Assembly (NCBI RefSeq): GCF_963921235.1
Contig: NC_086108.1
Span: forward strand, 109,184,001-109,248,000
Length of the DNA stretch: 64,000 nucleotides
From: Mobula hypostoma
Taxonomy: Eukaryota
Direction: 5' to 3'
A program made the position numbers and the translations under genes. Shown piece after piece: positions 13,302 through 25,585 of the stretch (within the stretch, counting starts at the first letter, position 1; each line of letters starts with the position of its first letter). Under the pieces are notes generated by a model. The model saw nothing but the letters and a program-made list of their open reading frames with translations. It made no database searches and was not told the DNA's origin.

Positions 13302-13790
13302 CATAGAAACATAGAAACATAGAAAATAGGTGCAGGAGTAGGCCATTCGGCCCTTCGAGCCTGCACCGCCATTTATTATGATCATGGCTGATCATCCAAC
13401 TCAGAACCCAGCCTTCCCTCCATACCCCCTGACCCCTGTAGCCACAAGGGCCATATCTAACTTCCTTTTAAACATAGCTAATGAACTGGCCTCAACAGTT
13501 TGCTGTGGCAGAGAATTCCACAGATTCACCACTCTCTGTGTGAAGAAGTTTTTCCTAACCTCGGTCCTAAAAGGCTTCCCCTCTATCCTCAAACTGTGAC
13601 CCCTCGTTCTAGACCTCCCCAACATCGGGAACAATCTTCCTGCATCTAGCCTGTCCAATCCCTTTAGGATCTTATACGTTTCAATCAGATCCCCCCTCAA
13701 TCTTCTAAATTCCAACGAGTACAAGCCCAGTTCATCCAGTCTTTCTTCATATGAAAGACCTGCCATCCCAGGAATCAATCTGGTGAACCT
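13302..13790 (-). mobile_element. Young CR1 3' copy of the same family as the full-length element
   Basis: Near-identical reverse complement of about 39477-39962; (TTTCTATG)n tail; inserted in an older CR1 3' remnant that resumes at 13791. Confidence 0.92.
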
Positions 13791-14349
13791 CAAGAAGCAA
13801 TCGACCTCCACTCTAAATATACCCAATATCTTAGCATCCACAGCCATCTGTGGCAATGAATTCCAGATTCACCGCCTTATCTCCTCATCTTTGTCCTAAG
13901 TGGATGACCTTCTATTCTGTGGCTGCGCCCTCTGGTACTGGACTCCCCCACTATACGGAACGTCCTCCCCACATCCACTCCACTTGCCATTGATGCTGCC
14001 TCACCTGCTGAGTTCCTCCAGTGTTTTGTGTGTGTTACTTATCAGATCATGCTATTAATCAGAGATCTACGGAATATCTTGTACCAGTGAGCTGCAGAGA
14101 TGCCTCTTACACAGACCACTGAAGTGAGACAATATTTTCCTTGCTTTCTCAAACAAAATACTCATTTGAATAATGCCTGACCTGCACTATTCTGTCAGTG
14201 TTTGGCAGTCGTGGTTAATTTGTAAGGAACACCTTCATTTGTCATTAGCATGCCTGCAGGAAAATAACAGAGCAGGTTATTATTTAACAACATTTTCTTT
14301 TACAGCTCCTCTCTTTGATTTGACACGCTCTGTTTAAGACTCGGCTTCC

Positions 14350-15162
14350 ATACGACCACAAGATATAGCAGCAGAATCGGGCCATTCAACCAATCGAGTC
14401 TGCTCCACCATTCCATCATGACTGATTTATTATCCTTCTCAACCCCATTCTCCTGCTGTTTCCCCATAACATTTGACAGTCATAACTGCTCAAAAACCTG
14501 TCAACCTCAGCTTTGAATATACCCGATGACTTGTTTTGCCTAGCTGTCTGTGACAATGAATTCCACAGATTCACCAGCCTTTGGCTAAAGAAATCTTTCC
14601 TCATCTCTCTTCAGGGTTGTATGCTGCATATACAGTATACTTTGATAATAAATGTACTTTAAATCTTTGAAAATAGGTGTCCCTCAATTCTGAGGCTGTG
14701 CCCTGTGATTCTGGGTTCCCCAGTGATAGGAAACATCCTCTCCATGTCCAGTCTGCCTAAGCATTTCAATATTCAAATGGCTTCAGTGAGATCCCCCTTC
14801 ATTCGTCTAACTCTACTGAGTACAGGCCCAGAACTATCAAACGCTCCTCATGTGTTAACCCTTTATTCCCACAATCATTCTGGTGAACATCCTCTCTACC
14901 CTCTCCAGTGCCAGCACATCCTTTCTAAGATATGGGACCCAAAACTGCTCACCATACTCCATGTGAGGTCTGACCAATGCCTTACAAAGCCTTAGCATTG
15001 CATTCTTGCTTTTGTTTTCTAGTCCTTTCAAAATGATTGCTAACATTGCATTTGCCTTCCTCACCACCGACTCAACCTGTAATTTAATCTTTTGGGAATC
15101 GTGCATGAGGACACCCACGTCCCTTTGCACCCTCAGATTTTTTAATTTTCTCCCCTTTTAGG
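14350..15162 (-). mobile_element. CR1 3' fragment with small internal insertion
   Basis: QRDVGVL, KALVRPHMEY and FFSQRLVNLWN motifs. Confidence 0.85.
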
Positions 15163-15383
15163 ATGCCCTATACAAGTCTGTTCTCCACTAACCTCCAACA
15201 GGAAGGTATTTTTTCCAAGCAGACATTCCCAAAGGGAAGTCCAGGGAGAACGAACAAGGATATAGGACAAAGAACAGTCAACCGCTGGAACAGAGCCTTC
15301 AATCCATGATTTTGTGCTAAACTAATTGAGTTAATCCATTCTGTTAACCCATATCCATCCATCCCTACATATTCATATTCATA

Positions 15384-15605
15384 AGAGATTCTGCAGATGC
15401 TGGAAATCTAGAGTAACATACACAAAATACTGAAGGAACTCAGCTGGTCAGACGGCATCTATGGAGAGGGAAAAACAGTTGAGATTTCAAGCTGAGATCC
15501 TTTATCAGGACTCTGAATGGTTTCAAGCTAATACGTTAACTGTTTATTCATCACTATAGATGTTGCCTACCTACCGAGATCCTCTTGCATTTTGTGTATG
15601 TTTCC
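15384..15605. mobile_element. Short palindromic PLE terminal remnant (two inverted pLTR ends)
   Basis: Left half is a minus-strand pLTR end with degenerate hammerhead; right half is the plus-strand copy ending cattttgtgtatgtt. Confidence 0.65.
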
Positions 15606-16046
15606 TTGCTTGTCTAAGAGTGTCTTAATCACTCTATTGTGTCTGCTTCCAACAACACCACCCCAGGGGGCACATTCCATGCACCCACCGTTCTCTGTAA
15701 AAAAACTTGCCCTGTACATCTCTTTTAAACTTTTCTCCTCTCGTCTGACATGTATGCCCTCAGAAAGCGTTTACCATGAAGCTCATAGATAGCTTCTATC
15801 CTGATGTAATAAGAATATTGGACATCTTGTACGATAAGATGGACTTTTGATGTCACATCCTACCTTGCAATTCCTACACAGCCTACCTAAACTGCACTTT
15901 CACTGTAACTGTATCACTTTACTCTGCACATCGTCTTTTAAGGAAAGGTTGAGCGAACTAGGACTTTTCTCCTTAAAGCAGCAGAGAATGAGAAACGACT
16001 TGATAGTGGTGTACATTGAGTGGATAGCCAGAACCTTTTACCAAGG

Positions 16047-16553
16047 CAACACGCACAAAATGCTGGAGGAACTCAGCAGGTCAGGCAGCATCTATAGAAA
16101 GGAATAGATAGTCGACATTTTGGGATGAGACCCTTCTTCAGGACTGAGAAGGAAAGGGGAAGATGCCAAAAGGTGAAGGGCTGGAGAAGAAGGAATCTGA
16201 TAGGAGAGGAAAGTGGACCATAGGAAAAAAGGAAGGAGGAGGGGATCCAGGGAGAAGAAATCAATATTCATGCCATCAGGTTGGAGGGTACCCAGATGGA
16301 ATATAAGGTGTTGCTCCTGCACCCTGAGGGTGGCCTCATCTTGGTACTAGCAGATGCCATGGATCAACACACCAGAACGGGAATGGGGATTGAAATTAAA
16401 ATGTTTAGCCATTGGGAGGTCCTACTTGTGGCATATGGTGTGGAGGTGCTTGACGAAGTGGTTCCCCAATTGATGACTGGCCTCATCAATGTAGAGGAGA
16501 CCACATTGGGTGCCCTGGAAACAATAGACAACCCCAGCAGATTTTGCAGGTGA
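16047..16553 (-). mobile_element. Older Neptune-like PLE 3' fragment
   Basis: EQHLIFHLGTLQPDGMNIDF (GIY-YIG C-terminus) plus pLTR with decayed hammerhead. Confidence 0.8.
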
Positions 16554-16555
16554 AT

Positions 16556-17331
16556 CTGAGTTTTTCAACAGTGGCTTTCTCTTTGGCACTTTCTCATAAA
16601 GCTGATATTAGTGAATCCCCAGGCAACAGTTGTTGTATGTGCAATCTGTCCCATCTCAGCCTCTGAAGCTTGTAACTCCTCCAGAGTTGTCATAGGTCTC
16701 TTGGTGGCCTCCCTCACTAGTCCCCTTCCTGCACGGTCACTCAGTTTTTGAGGACGGCCTGCTCTAGGCAGATTTACAGCTGTGCCATATTCTTTCCATT
16801 TCATGATGAATGACTTAACTGTACTCCAAGGGACATTCGGTGACTTGGAAATTTTTTTTGGATCCATCTCCTGACTTGTGCTTTTCAGTAACCTTTTCAT
16901 GGAGTTAGAGTGTTCTTTTGTCTTCATGGTGTAGTTTATGCCAGGATACTGACTCACCAGCAGTTGGACCTTCCAGATGCTAGTGTATTTTTTACTACAA
17001 TCAATTGAAGCACATTGACTGCATGCAGGTCTCCAAAAACACATCTTCATTTAGTTAATTATGTCACTTTTAAAACCAATTGGCTGCACCATTGATGATT
17101 TGGTGTGTCATATTAAAAGAGGGTGAATACTTATGCAATCAATTATTTTGTGACTTATATTTGTAATTAATTTAGTTCACTTTGTAGAGACCTATTTTCA
17201 CTTTGACACAACAGTCTTTTTCTGTTGATCCGTGTCAAAAAAGCAAATTTAAAGACACTGTGGTTCAATATTGTAAAACAACAAAACATGAAAACTTCCG
17301 GTGGGGGATTTGAATACTTTGTATAAGCACC
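16556..17331 (-). mobile_element. Tc1-like transposon 5' half (TIR plus paired-like DNA-binding region)
   Basis: MKTKEHS...KKISKS..VPWSTVKSFIMKWKEYG...LPRAGRPQKLS..LVREATKRP; related direct repeats gggtgaatactt (about 17121) and atttgaatactt (about 17308) suggest an IR/DR-type TIR. Confidence 0.85.
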
Positions 17332-17680
17332 TTATTTGCAAAACAGCTTCTCTGAATGCACAACATGTCAAACTTTGAAGTAGATGGGTTCCTTGCAGCA
17401 GACGACATGAAAATACATTCCGTGGCCACTCAGTCGGCACTTTATTAGATACCGGAGTGAGTCAGTGGCCACTGAGTGTTTAGGCCGGCACAATATCATA
17501 GGCCGAAGGGCCTGTACTGTAAAACAAGATTAATCCCAATACTTTAAACCATATCCCTCAGAACCTTTCCTACAGATATACCTAAACAACAGGAATTCTG
17601 CAGATGCTGGAAATTAAAGCAACATACATCAAAGTTGCTGGTGAACGCAGCAGGCCAAGCAGCATCTATAGGAAGAGGGG

Positions 17681-17718
17681 CAGTCGACGTTTCAGGCCGA
17701 GACCCTTCGTCAGGACTA
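17681..17718 (-). ncRNA. Minimal type I hammerhead ribozyme in the PLE pLTR
   Basis: Minus strand UAGUC CUGACGA AGG-gucucgg-CCU GAAA C GUC GACUG; intact core. Confidence 0.85.
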
Positions 17719-18011
17719 ACTGAAGGAAGAGTGAGTAAGGGATTTGAAAGCTGGAGGGGGAGGGGGAGATGCAAAATGATAGGAGAAGACATGAGGGGGA
17801 GGGATGGAGCCGAGAGCTGGACAGGTGATAGGCAAAAGGGGATACGAGAGGATCATGGGACAGGAGGCCTAGGGAGAAAGACGGGGGGGGGGGGGACCCA
17901 GAGGATGGGCAAGAGGTATATTCAGAGGGACAGAGGGAGAAAAAGGAGAGTGAGAGAAAGAATGTGTGCATAAAAAGGAGTAACAGCTGGGGTACGAGGG
18001 GGAGGTGGGGC

Positions 18012-19180
18012 CTAGCGGAAGTTAGAGAAGTCAATGTTCATGCCATCAGGTTGGAGGTTACCCAGACGGAATATAAGGTGTTGTTCCTCCAACCTGAGTG
18101 TGGCTTCATCTTTACAGTAGAGGAGGCCGTGGATAGACATGTCAGAATGGGAATGGGATGTGGAATTAAAATGTGTGGCCACTGGGAGATCCTGCTTTCT
18201 CTGGCGGACAGAGCGTAGATGTTCAGCAAAGCGGTCTCCCAGTCTGCGTCGGGTCTCACCAATATATAAAAGGCCACATCGGGAGCACCGGACGCAGTAT
18301 ATCACCCCAGTCGACTCACAGGTGAAGTGATGCCTCACCTGGAAGGACTGTTTGGGGCCCTGAATGGTGGTAAGGGAGGAAGTGTAAGGGCATGTGTAGC
18401 ACTTGTTCCGCTTACACGGATAAGTGCCAGGAGGGAGATCAGTGGGGAGGGATGGGGGGGACGAATGGACAAGGGAGTTGTGTAGGGAGCGATCCCTGCG
18501 GAATGCAGAGAGAGGCGGGGAGGGAAAAATGTGCTTAGTGGTGGGATCCCGTTGGAGGTGGCGGAAGTTACGGAGAATAATATGTTGGACCCGGAGGCTG
18601 GTGGGGTGGTAGGTGAGGACCAGGGGAACCCTATTCCTAGTGGGGTGGTGGGAGGATGGAGTGAGAGCAGATGTACGTGAAATGGAGGAGATGCGTTTAA
18701 GAGCAGAGTTGATAGTGGAGGAAGGGAAGCCCCTTTCTTTAAAAAATGAAGACATCTCCCTCGTCCTAGAATGAAAAGCCTCATCCTGAGAGCAGATGCG
18801 GCGGAGACGGAGGAATTGCGAGAAGGGGATGGCGTTTTTGCAAGAGACAGGGTGAGAAGAGGAATAGTCCAGATAACTGTGAGAGTCAGTAGACTTATAG
18901 TAGACATCAGTGGATAAGCTGTCTCCAGAGACAGAGACAGAGACAGAAAGATCTAGAAAGGGGAGGGAGGTGTCGGAAATGGACCAGGTAAACTTGAGGG
19001 CAGGGTGAAAGTTGGAGGCAAAGTTAATAAAGTCAACGAGTTCTGCATGCGTGCAGGAAGCAGCGCCAATGCAGTCGTCGATGTAGCGAAGGAAAAGTGG
19101 GGGACAGATACCAGAATAGGCACGGAACATAGATTGTTCCACAAACCCAACAAAAAGGCAGGCATAGCTAGGACCCATAC
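18012..19180 (-). pseudogene. PLE RT C-half plus GIY-YIG endonuclease, open frame but cut off from the N-terminus
   Basis: 392 aa ORF with RYIDD and YIGET; about 0.43 kb of central RT, present at 59286-59710, is missing. Confidence 0.85.
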
Positions 19181-22126
19181 AGCAACACATAAAGACCCGG
19201 CCTGGAGTTCAAGGCTGGAGTCGCAGTTGGTGGTAACCCGGACTCCAGCAACGACCATGGACACTTTCGAAGTGATTACGTATTTGGACCTTCTGAGGAT
19301 CCCAGGTACTCACATTTTATTGAACTATAAGGTTGGTAGCAGTGGATGGGAGATCCCCTGAGCGGATAAAGTCGTTGATAGTGTGGGAGACAATGGCCTG
19401 GTGCTCCTTGGTGGGGTCACGATCGAGAGGTAAATAAGAGAAGGTATCCGCGAGTTGTCGCTGTGCCTCGGCAAGGTAGAGGTCAGTACGCCAGACTACA
19501 ACAGCACCCCCCTTATCAGCGGGTTTAATAATAAGGTTAGGATTAGTGCGGAGGGAGTGGAGAGCAGAGCGTTCCAAAGGAGTGAGGTTGGAATGGGGAC
19601 AAGGTGCGGTGAAGTCGAGACGGTTGATGTCCCGTCGGCAGTTAGCGATAAAGAGATCCAGAGCAGGCAGAAGACCAGAGCGGGGTGTCCATGAAGAAGA
19701 GGAGGGTTGAAGACGGGAGAAGGGGTCATCGGTGGAGGTGGAAGAGTCCTTGCCGAAGAAGTAGGCTCGGAGACGGAGACGGCGGAAGAAAAGTTCCGCA
19801 TCGTGGCGAATGCGGAACTCGCTGAGGTGTGGGCGAAGGGGGACAAAGGTGAGGCCCTTACTGAGGACAGAGCGATCTGCCTCCGACAGCTGAAGGTCGG
19901 AGGGGATGGTAAAGACCCGGCACGGATGAGAGCTGGGATCAGAGGGGGGAGGGGGGAGGCTGGGGGTGTCAGTGGAGAGGGGAGGGTTGGGGTGAGAGGA
20001 AGATGGAGCCTCTGAGGGCCCAGGAGCTGACGGTGGGATCTGAGGGAGACGGGGCTGCGGAGTGGTGGCGGGGGAAGGGGAGACGGGAGTCACAACAGCA
20101 GCACATAAAGACCCGGCCTGGAGTTCAAGGCTGGAGTCGCAGTTGGTGGTTGCGTAATCATTTCGAAGGTGTCCATGGTCGTTGCTGGAGTCCGGGTTTT
20201 GAATATGTCCTGAGGTGTTGGAGCCGGCGAGATCAATGGCAGGCGCCGCAATTGAAAGCTCATGCCTGCTAGCGTCGGGGCCGGCAGGCTCTGGAGTCCG
20301 TAGATGTAGGATCTTGCGATCTTTGCCTAACATGACAAAGTCAAAAAAACGGCGATTGCAGGCGTGAATCCGACGGAGGATGAAATAACGGGTAGGATCA
20401 TTACAGACGGCGAAGAAAGTGTCCCGAAGGTGTGGAAGGGTCTGGGATAGGGACACCAAGTACCTCCTCATGGCGGAGAGAGTCGCCTTCAGAGCTTGAC
20501 GGGAGAAGCGGCGAGAGGCAGAGTCAATAAAATGTGAGTACCTGGGATCCTCAGAAAGTCCAAATACGTAATCACTTCGAAAGTGTCCATGGTCGTTGCT
20601 GGAGTCCGGGTTACCACCAACTGCGACTCCAGCCTTGAACTCCAGGCCGGGTCTTTATGTGTTGCTGTATGGGTCCTAGCTATGCCTGCCTTTTTGTTGG
20701 GTTTGTGGAACAATCTATGTTCCGTGCCTATTCTGGTATCTGTCCCCCACTTTTCCTTCGCTACATCGACGACTGCATTGGCGCTGCTTCCTGCACGCAT
20801 GCAGAACTCGTTGACTTTATTAACTTTGCCTCCAACTTTCACCCTGCCCTCAAGTTTACCTAGTCCATTTCCGACACCTCCCTCCCCTTTCTAGATCTTT
20901 CTGTCTCTGTCTCTGTCTCTGGAGACAGCTTATCCACTGATGTCTACTATAAGTCTACTGACTCTCACAGCTATCTGGACTATTCCTCTTCTCACCCTGT
21001 CTCTTGCAAAAACGCCATCCCCTTCTCGCAATTCCTCCGTCTCCGCCGCATCTGCTCTCAGGATGAGGCTTTTCATTCTAGGACGAGGGAGATGTCTTCA
21101 TTTTTTAAAGAAAGGGGCTTCCCTTCCTCCACTATCAACTCTGCTCTTAAACGCATCTCCTCCATTTCACGTACATCTGCTCTCACTCCATCCTCCCACC
21201 ACCCCACTAGGAATAGGGTTCCCCTGGTCCTCACCTACCACCCCACCAGCCTCCGGGTCCAACATATTATTCTCCGTAACTTCTGCCACCTCCAACGGGA
21301 TCCCACCACTAAGCACATCTTTCCCTCCCCGCCTCTCTCTGCATTCCGCAGGGATCGCTCCCTACACAACTCCCTTGTCCATTCGTCCCCCCCATCCCTC
21401 CCCACTGATCTCCCTCCTGGCACTTATCTGTGTAAGCGGAACAAGTGCTACACATGCCCTTACACTTCCTCCCTTACCACCATTCAGGGCCCCAAACAGT
21501 CCTTCCAGGTGAGGCATCACTTCACCTGTGAGTCGACTGGAGTGATATACTGCGTCCGGTGCTCCCGATGTGGCCTTTTATATATTGGTGAGACCCGACG
21601 CAGACTGGGAGACCGCTTTGCTGAACATCTACGCTCTGTCCGCCAGAGAAAGCAGGATCTCCCAGTGGCCACACATTTTAATTCCACATCCCATTCCCAT
21701 TCTGACATGTCTATCCACGGCCTCCTCTACTGTAAAGATAAAGCCACACTCAGGTTGGAGGAACAACACCTTATATTCCGTCTGGGTAGCCTCCAACCTG
21801 ATGGCATGAACATTGACTTCTCTAACTTCCGCTAGGCCCCACCTCCCCCTCGTACCCCAGCTGTTACTCCTTTTTATGCACACATTCTTTCTCTCACTCT
21901 CCTTTTTCTCCCTCTGTCCCTCTGAATATACCTCTTGCCCATCCTCTGGGTCCCCCCCCCCCGTCTTTCTCCCTAGGCCTCCTGTCCCATGATCCTCTCG
22001 TATCCCCTTTTGCCTATCACCTGTCCAGCTCTTGGCTCCATCCCTCCCCCTCCTGTCTTCTCCTATCATTTTGCATCTCCCCCTCCCCCTCCAGCTTTCA
22101 AATCCCTTACTCACTCTTCCTTCAGT

Positions 22127-22164
22127 TAGTCCTGACGAAGGGTCTCGGCCTGAAACGTCGACTG
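22127..22164 (+). ncRNA. Minimal type I hammerhead ribozyme (inverted arm)
   Basis: tagtc CTGACGA agggtctcggcct GAAA c GTC gactg. Confidence 0.85.
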
Positions 22165-22251
22165 CGCCTCTTCCTATAGATGCTGCTTGGCCTGCTGCGT
22201 TCACCAGCAACTTTGATGTATGTTGCTACAGATATACCTTTCATTTTTCGT

Positions 22252-22557
22252 ATAGGCATCCGTTAGTCTTGTGAGACCATGGATTTGCGCCTTGGAAGGT
22301 TTCCAGGGCGCAGGCCAGGGCAAGGTTGTATGGAAGACTGGCACTTGCCCATGCTGCAAGTCTCCCCTCTCCATGCTACCGATGTTGTCCAAGGGAAGGG
22401 CATTAAGGCCGATACAGCTTGACACTGGTGTCGTTGCAGAGCGATGTGTGCTTAAGTACCTTGCTCAAGGACACAACACGCTGCCTCAGCTGAGGCTCGA
22501 ACTAGCGACCTTCAGATCACTAGACGAACGTCTTTACCCATTTGGCCACGCGCCAGC
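22252..22557 (-). mobile_element. tRNA-head, CORE-like, RTE-tail SINE
   Basis: A box tggccaaatgg, B box agttcgagcc, CORE-like gtgtccttgagcaagg; second copy at 23188-23490. Confidence 0.75.
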
Positions 22558-22784
22558 ACCTTTCTAAACCTTTCTAAATGAATGTTAAATAATGTGATTC
22601 TGTCTGCCACCACCACTTCCTCAGGTAGCTCATTTCATCTAGGCACCACCATCTGTGTGAGACTTGTCCCTCAATTGATCTGCAGATCTTCTCCTTCTCA
22701 CATTAAACTTATCCTCTCCTTTTAGAAAGTCTGACATACTTCAACTTACATCTGCCCCTCATAATTTTACACACCACTATAAGG

Positions 22785-23130
22785 TGGTGGGGTGGAGCTG
22801 TGTCTCTACCAAAGCAGGTGTAAGGTGCTAGCCTGCAGCTCACCCTTGGGGTTACGTGAAGCCATGGGAGCAGGTGGTAGATGGTCGAATGAGCAGCTGG
22901 TGCACATCACAAGTTATGTTATGCAACCACTGACGCCAGGCAGACAATCTCTGAATAGTATTGGTAATGGGTGGGGTCATCCCTCTTGTAAAGACACTGC
23001 ATAGAAGAAGGCAATGACAAACCACTTCTGTAGAACAATTTGCCAGTAACAATCATGGTTGTGGAAAGACCATGATTGCCCATGTCATACGACACGGAAC
23101 ATAATAATGATGACGATGATAATGATGATA
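22785..23130 (+). mobile_element. Bov-A-like RTE-derived SINE with (GAT)n tail
   Basis: agaaggcaatgacaaaccacttctg block; tail matches the RTE LINE end at 50543-50600; second copy at 52708-53070. Confidence 0.7.
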
Positions 23131-23187
23131 AGGTCACTCCTCACCTTCCTATCCTAGCCTCTCATTAAAGGCATATATATATATATA

Positions 23188-23490
23188 TAGGCACCTGTTA
23201 GTCTCATGAGACCATGGATTTGCACCTTAGAAGGTTTCCAGGGTGCAGGCCTGGGCAAGGTTGTATGGAAGACCGGCAGTTTCCCATGCTGCAAGTCTCC
23301 CCTCTCCACGCCACCGATGTTGTCCAAGGGAAGGGCATTAGGACCCATACAGCTTGGCACAGGTGTTGTCGCAGAGCAATGTGTGGTTAAGTTCTTTGCT
23401 TAAGGACACACACGCTGCCTCAGCCAAGGCTTGATCTAGTGACCTTCAAATCACTAGACGAACACCTTAACCACTTGGCCACACGCCAAC
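23188..23490 (-). mobile_element. tRNA-head, CORE-like, RTE-tail SINE (second copy)
   Basis: Colinear with 22252-22557; (TA)n at its tail. Confidence 0.75.
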
Positions 23491-23781
23491 AATAGGCCAA
23501 ATTAAAGGTGGTGACAAATCAAAGTTGAAAGTTAAAAGTTCAAAGTAAATTTATTACCAAAGTACCTATATTTCACCATATACAATCCTGAGATTCATTT
23601 TCTTGACATACTCAATAAACCAATTGAATATTAACCACAACAGAATCAATGAAAGATGGCTCCAACTTTGGCATTGAGCATATAGGAGAGAGATTAAAAT
23701 CCTGGCTGAGTGGTACCTCATCAACAACCTCTTACTCACTGTCAGCAAGAACAAAGAGCTGATTATTGGAGTACTGCATGG

Positions 23782-24700
23782 TCAAGATGGCGCCTGTGTA
23801 CAATTCCCTTTGGTTGACATATTCTGGATAGAGCATGAAACAATCTTTTTCACTTCGTTTATGTCCTTTACATTTGTTTCTTATCTTGGATGTGATTCTG
23901 GAAGTGTTGGAGCCTGTGTTTTGCTGTTTGGGGTTCGCTTGGGTTCTGCAGCGCTCTGCGGTCTCCAAGAGGGTTCCGGGCGGCAGCAGCAACATGAACA
24001 AACCTCGTGGCGAGAGGGCTGCAGGATGGCGCGCGAGCCGATGTTCCACCCCATTTCACCAATTAAAGCTTCCATTGTTCGCCGATTAAAGTGATAAGGG
24101 CGACTGAAACATGAAGACAATTGCGGAATTTTGGAGATCATTTGGGCATTCCTGCGCTCTGCAGTCTCTGAGTGGATTCCAGGAAGCAGGGGCAATGTGC
24201 GGGAAACTCGTGGTAGGCAGGCTGCAGGACGGGGTGCAAACGGGTGTTTGGCTCCATTTTGCTGACTAGAGCTCCCGTTGTTCAGCAATTAAAGAGACGT
24301 GGGAGATTGAAGCATCGAAGTGAGTGCAGAGGGTGAACTGCTTGCCTTTTGATTGGTCGCACTGTACTGGAAAGTAGAGAGCTTGCCACTGCAGGGATTG
24401 TTGTCCAGGTTTTTTTCTACGTTTTGGATTGGACTTTGGACTATAGACTCTCTTTTTCAGTCTTGTGGTTTTTATATTCTGCGTTTTTCACCTGATCTTC
24501 TTGGGATTTTTTGTGCAGGGTGGGGGTTTTGGGGGTCAATGTGCCTGATCCATTTTGTTTGTTTTTTTGTGTGGGAGGAGAGATTTGGTAGAGGTGTCGA
24601 TGTGCCTGACTTTTCTTTCTTGGTTTCATGGCTACCCAGAGAATTAAAGAATTTTGGACTTGTATACCTTGATCATAAATGAACCTTTGAACCTTTGAAT
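23782..24700 (+). mobile_element. Non-coding element with CAAGATGGCG head and Rex1/Babar-type tail
   Basis: caagatggcgcc head; tail cttgatcataaatgaacctttgaacctttgaa; lies inside a Rex1 RT remnant (23690-23780, resuming 25586-25990). Confidence 0.55.
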
Positions 24701-25585
24701 TGCTGGAGGAACTCAGCAGGACAGGCAGCATCTATGGAAAAGAGTAAACAGTCAATATTTAGGCTGAGATCCTTTATCAGGTCTGGGAAAAAAATGATGA
24801 GAAGTCAGAGCAAGAAGGTGGGGGGGGGGGAAGAAGTACAAGTAGTAGGTGATAGGTGAAACTGGGAGGGGGAGGGAGTGAAGTAAAGAGCTGGGAAGTT
24901 GATTGGTGAAAGTGGGGGAATCTTATAGGAGAGGGTAGAAGACCTTGGAAGAAAGGGAAGGGGGAGGTGTACCAGAGAGAGGTGATGGGCAGGTAGAGGG
25001 ATAAGATGAGAGAGGGAAATGGGAAAGGGGAACGGTGAAGGTGGGGGGGGGTGCAATTACCAGAAGTTTAAGAATTCAATGTTCATGCCATCAGGTTGGA
25101 GACTACCCAGATGGAATATAAGGTGTTGCTCCTCCAACCTGAGTGTGGCTCATCATGGCAGTAGAGGAGGTCATTGACTGACATGTAGGAATGGGAATGA
25201 GAAGTAGAAATGAAATGAGTGGCCAGTGGCAAAACCCTATTTTTCTGACAGCGCGTAGGAGCTCAGTGAAGTTGTCTCCCAAACCACGTCTGATCTCACT
25301 GATATACAGGAGAGCACACTAGAACCACTAGATACAGTAAAAGACCCCAAGTGATTCACAGGTGAAGTGTCACCTCACCTGGAAGGACTGTTTTGAGCCC
25401 TGACTGGTAGGGAGGGAGGAGGTGTAGGGACAAGTATGGCACTTGCTCTGCGTGTAAGGATAAGTACCAGGAGGGAGATCAGTGGGTAGGAATGAAAGGA
25501 CAATGGAGTCATGTGGAGAATGGAATTTGGGGGGTGGGGGGGGTAAGATGTGTTTGTTGGTGGGATTCCATTGGAGTTGGCAGAA
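24701..25585 (-). mobile_element. Older Neptune-like PLE 3' fragment
   Basis: Degenerate homologue of 17620-18570. Confidence 0.8.

Larger units (their letters stand above)
17584..22225 (-). mobile_element. Neptune-clade Penelope-like element, internally deleted, with 1.7 kb inverted arm
   Basis: RT motifs MGPSYA and RYIDD, Cys linker CKRNKCYTC, GIY-YIG VIY..C..C...YIGET; KPADKGG N-terminal region; flanked by direct repeat ctacagatatacct (17570-17583, 22226-22239). Confidence 0.93.

Noticed and set aside
22252..23490. Direct repeats as possible LTRs
   Set aside because: Both have tRNA A/B boxes and SINE tails; no PBS, PPT or coding interior
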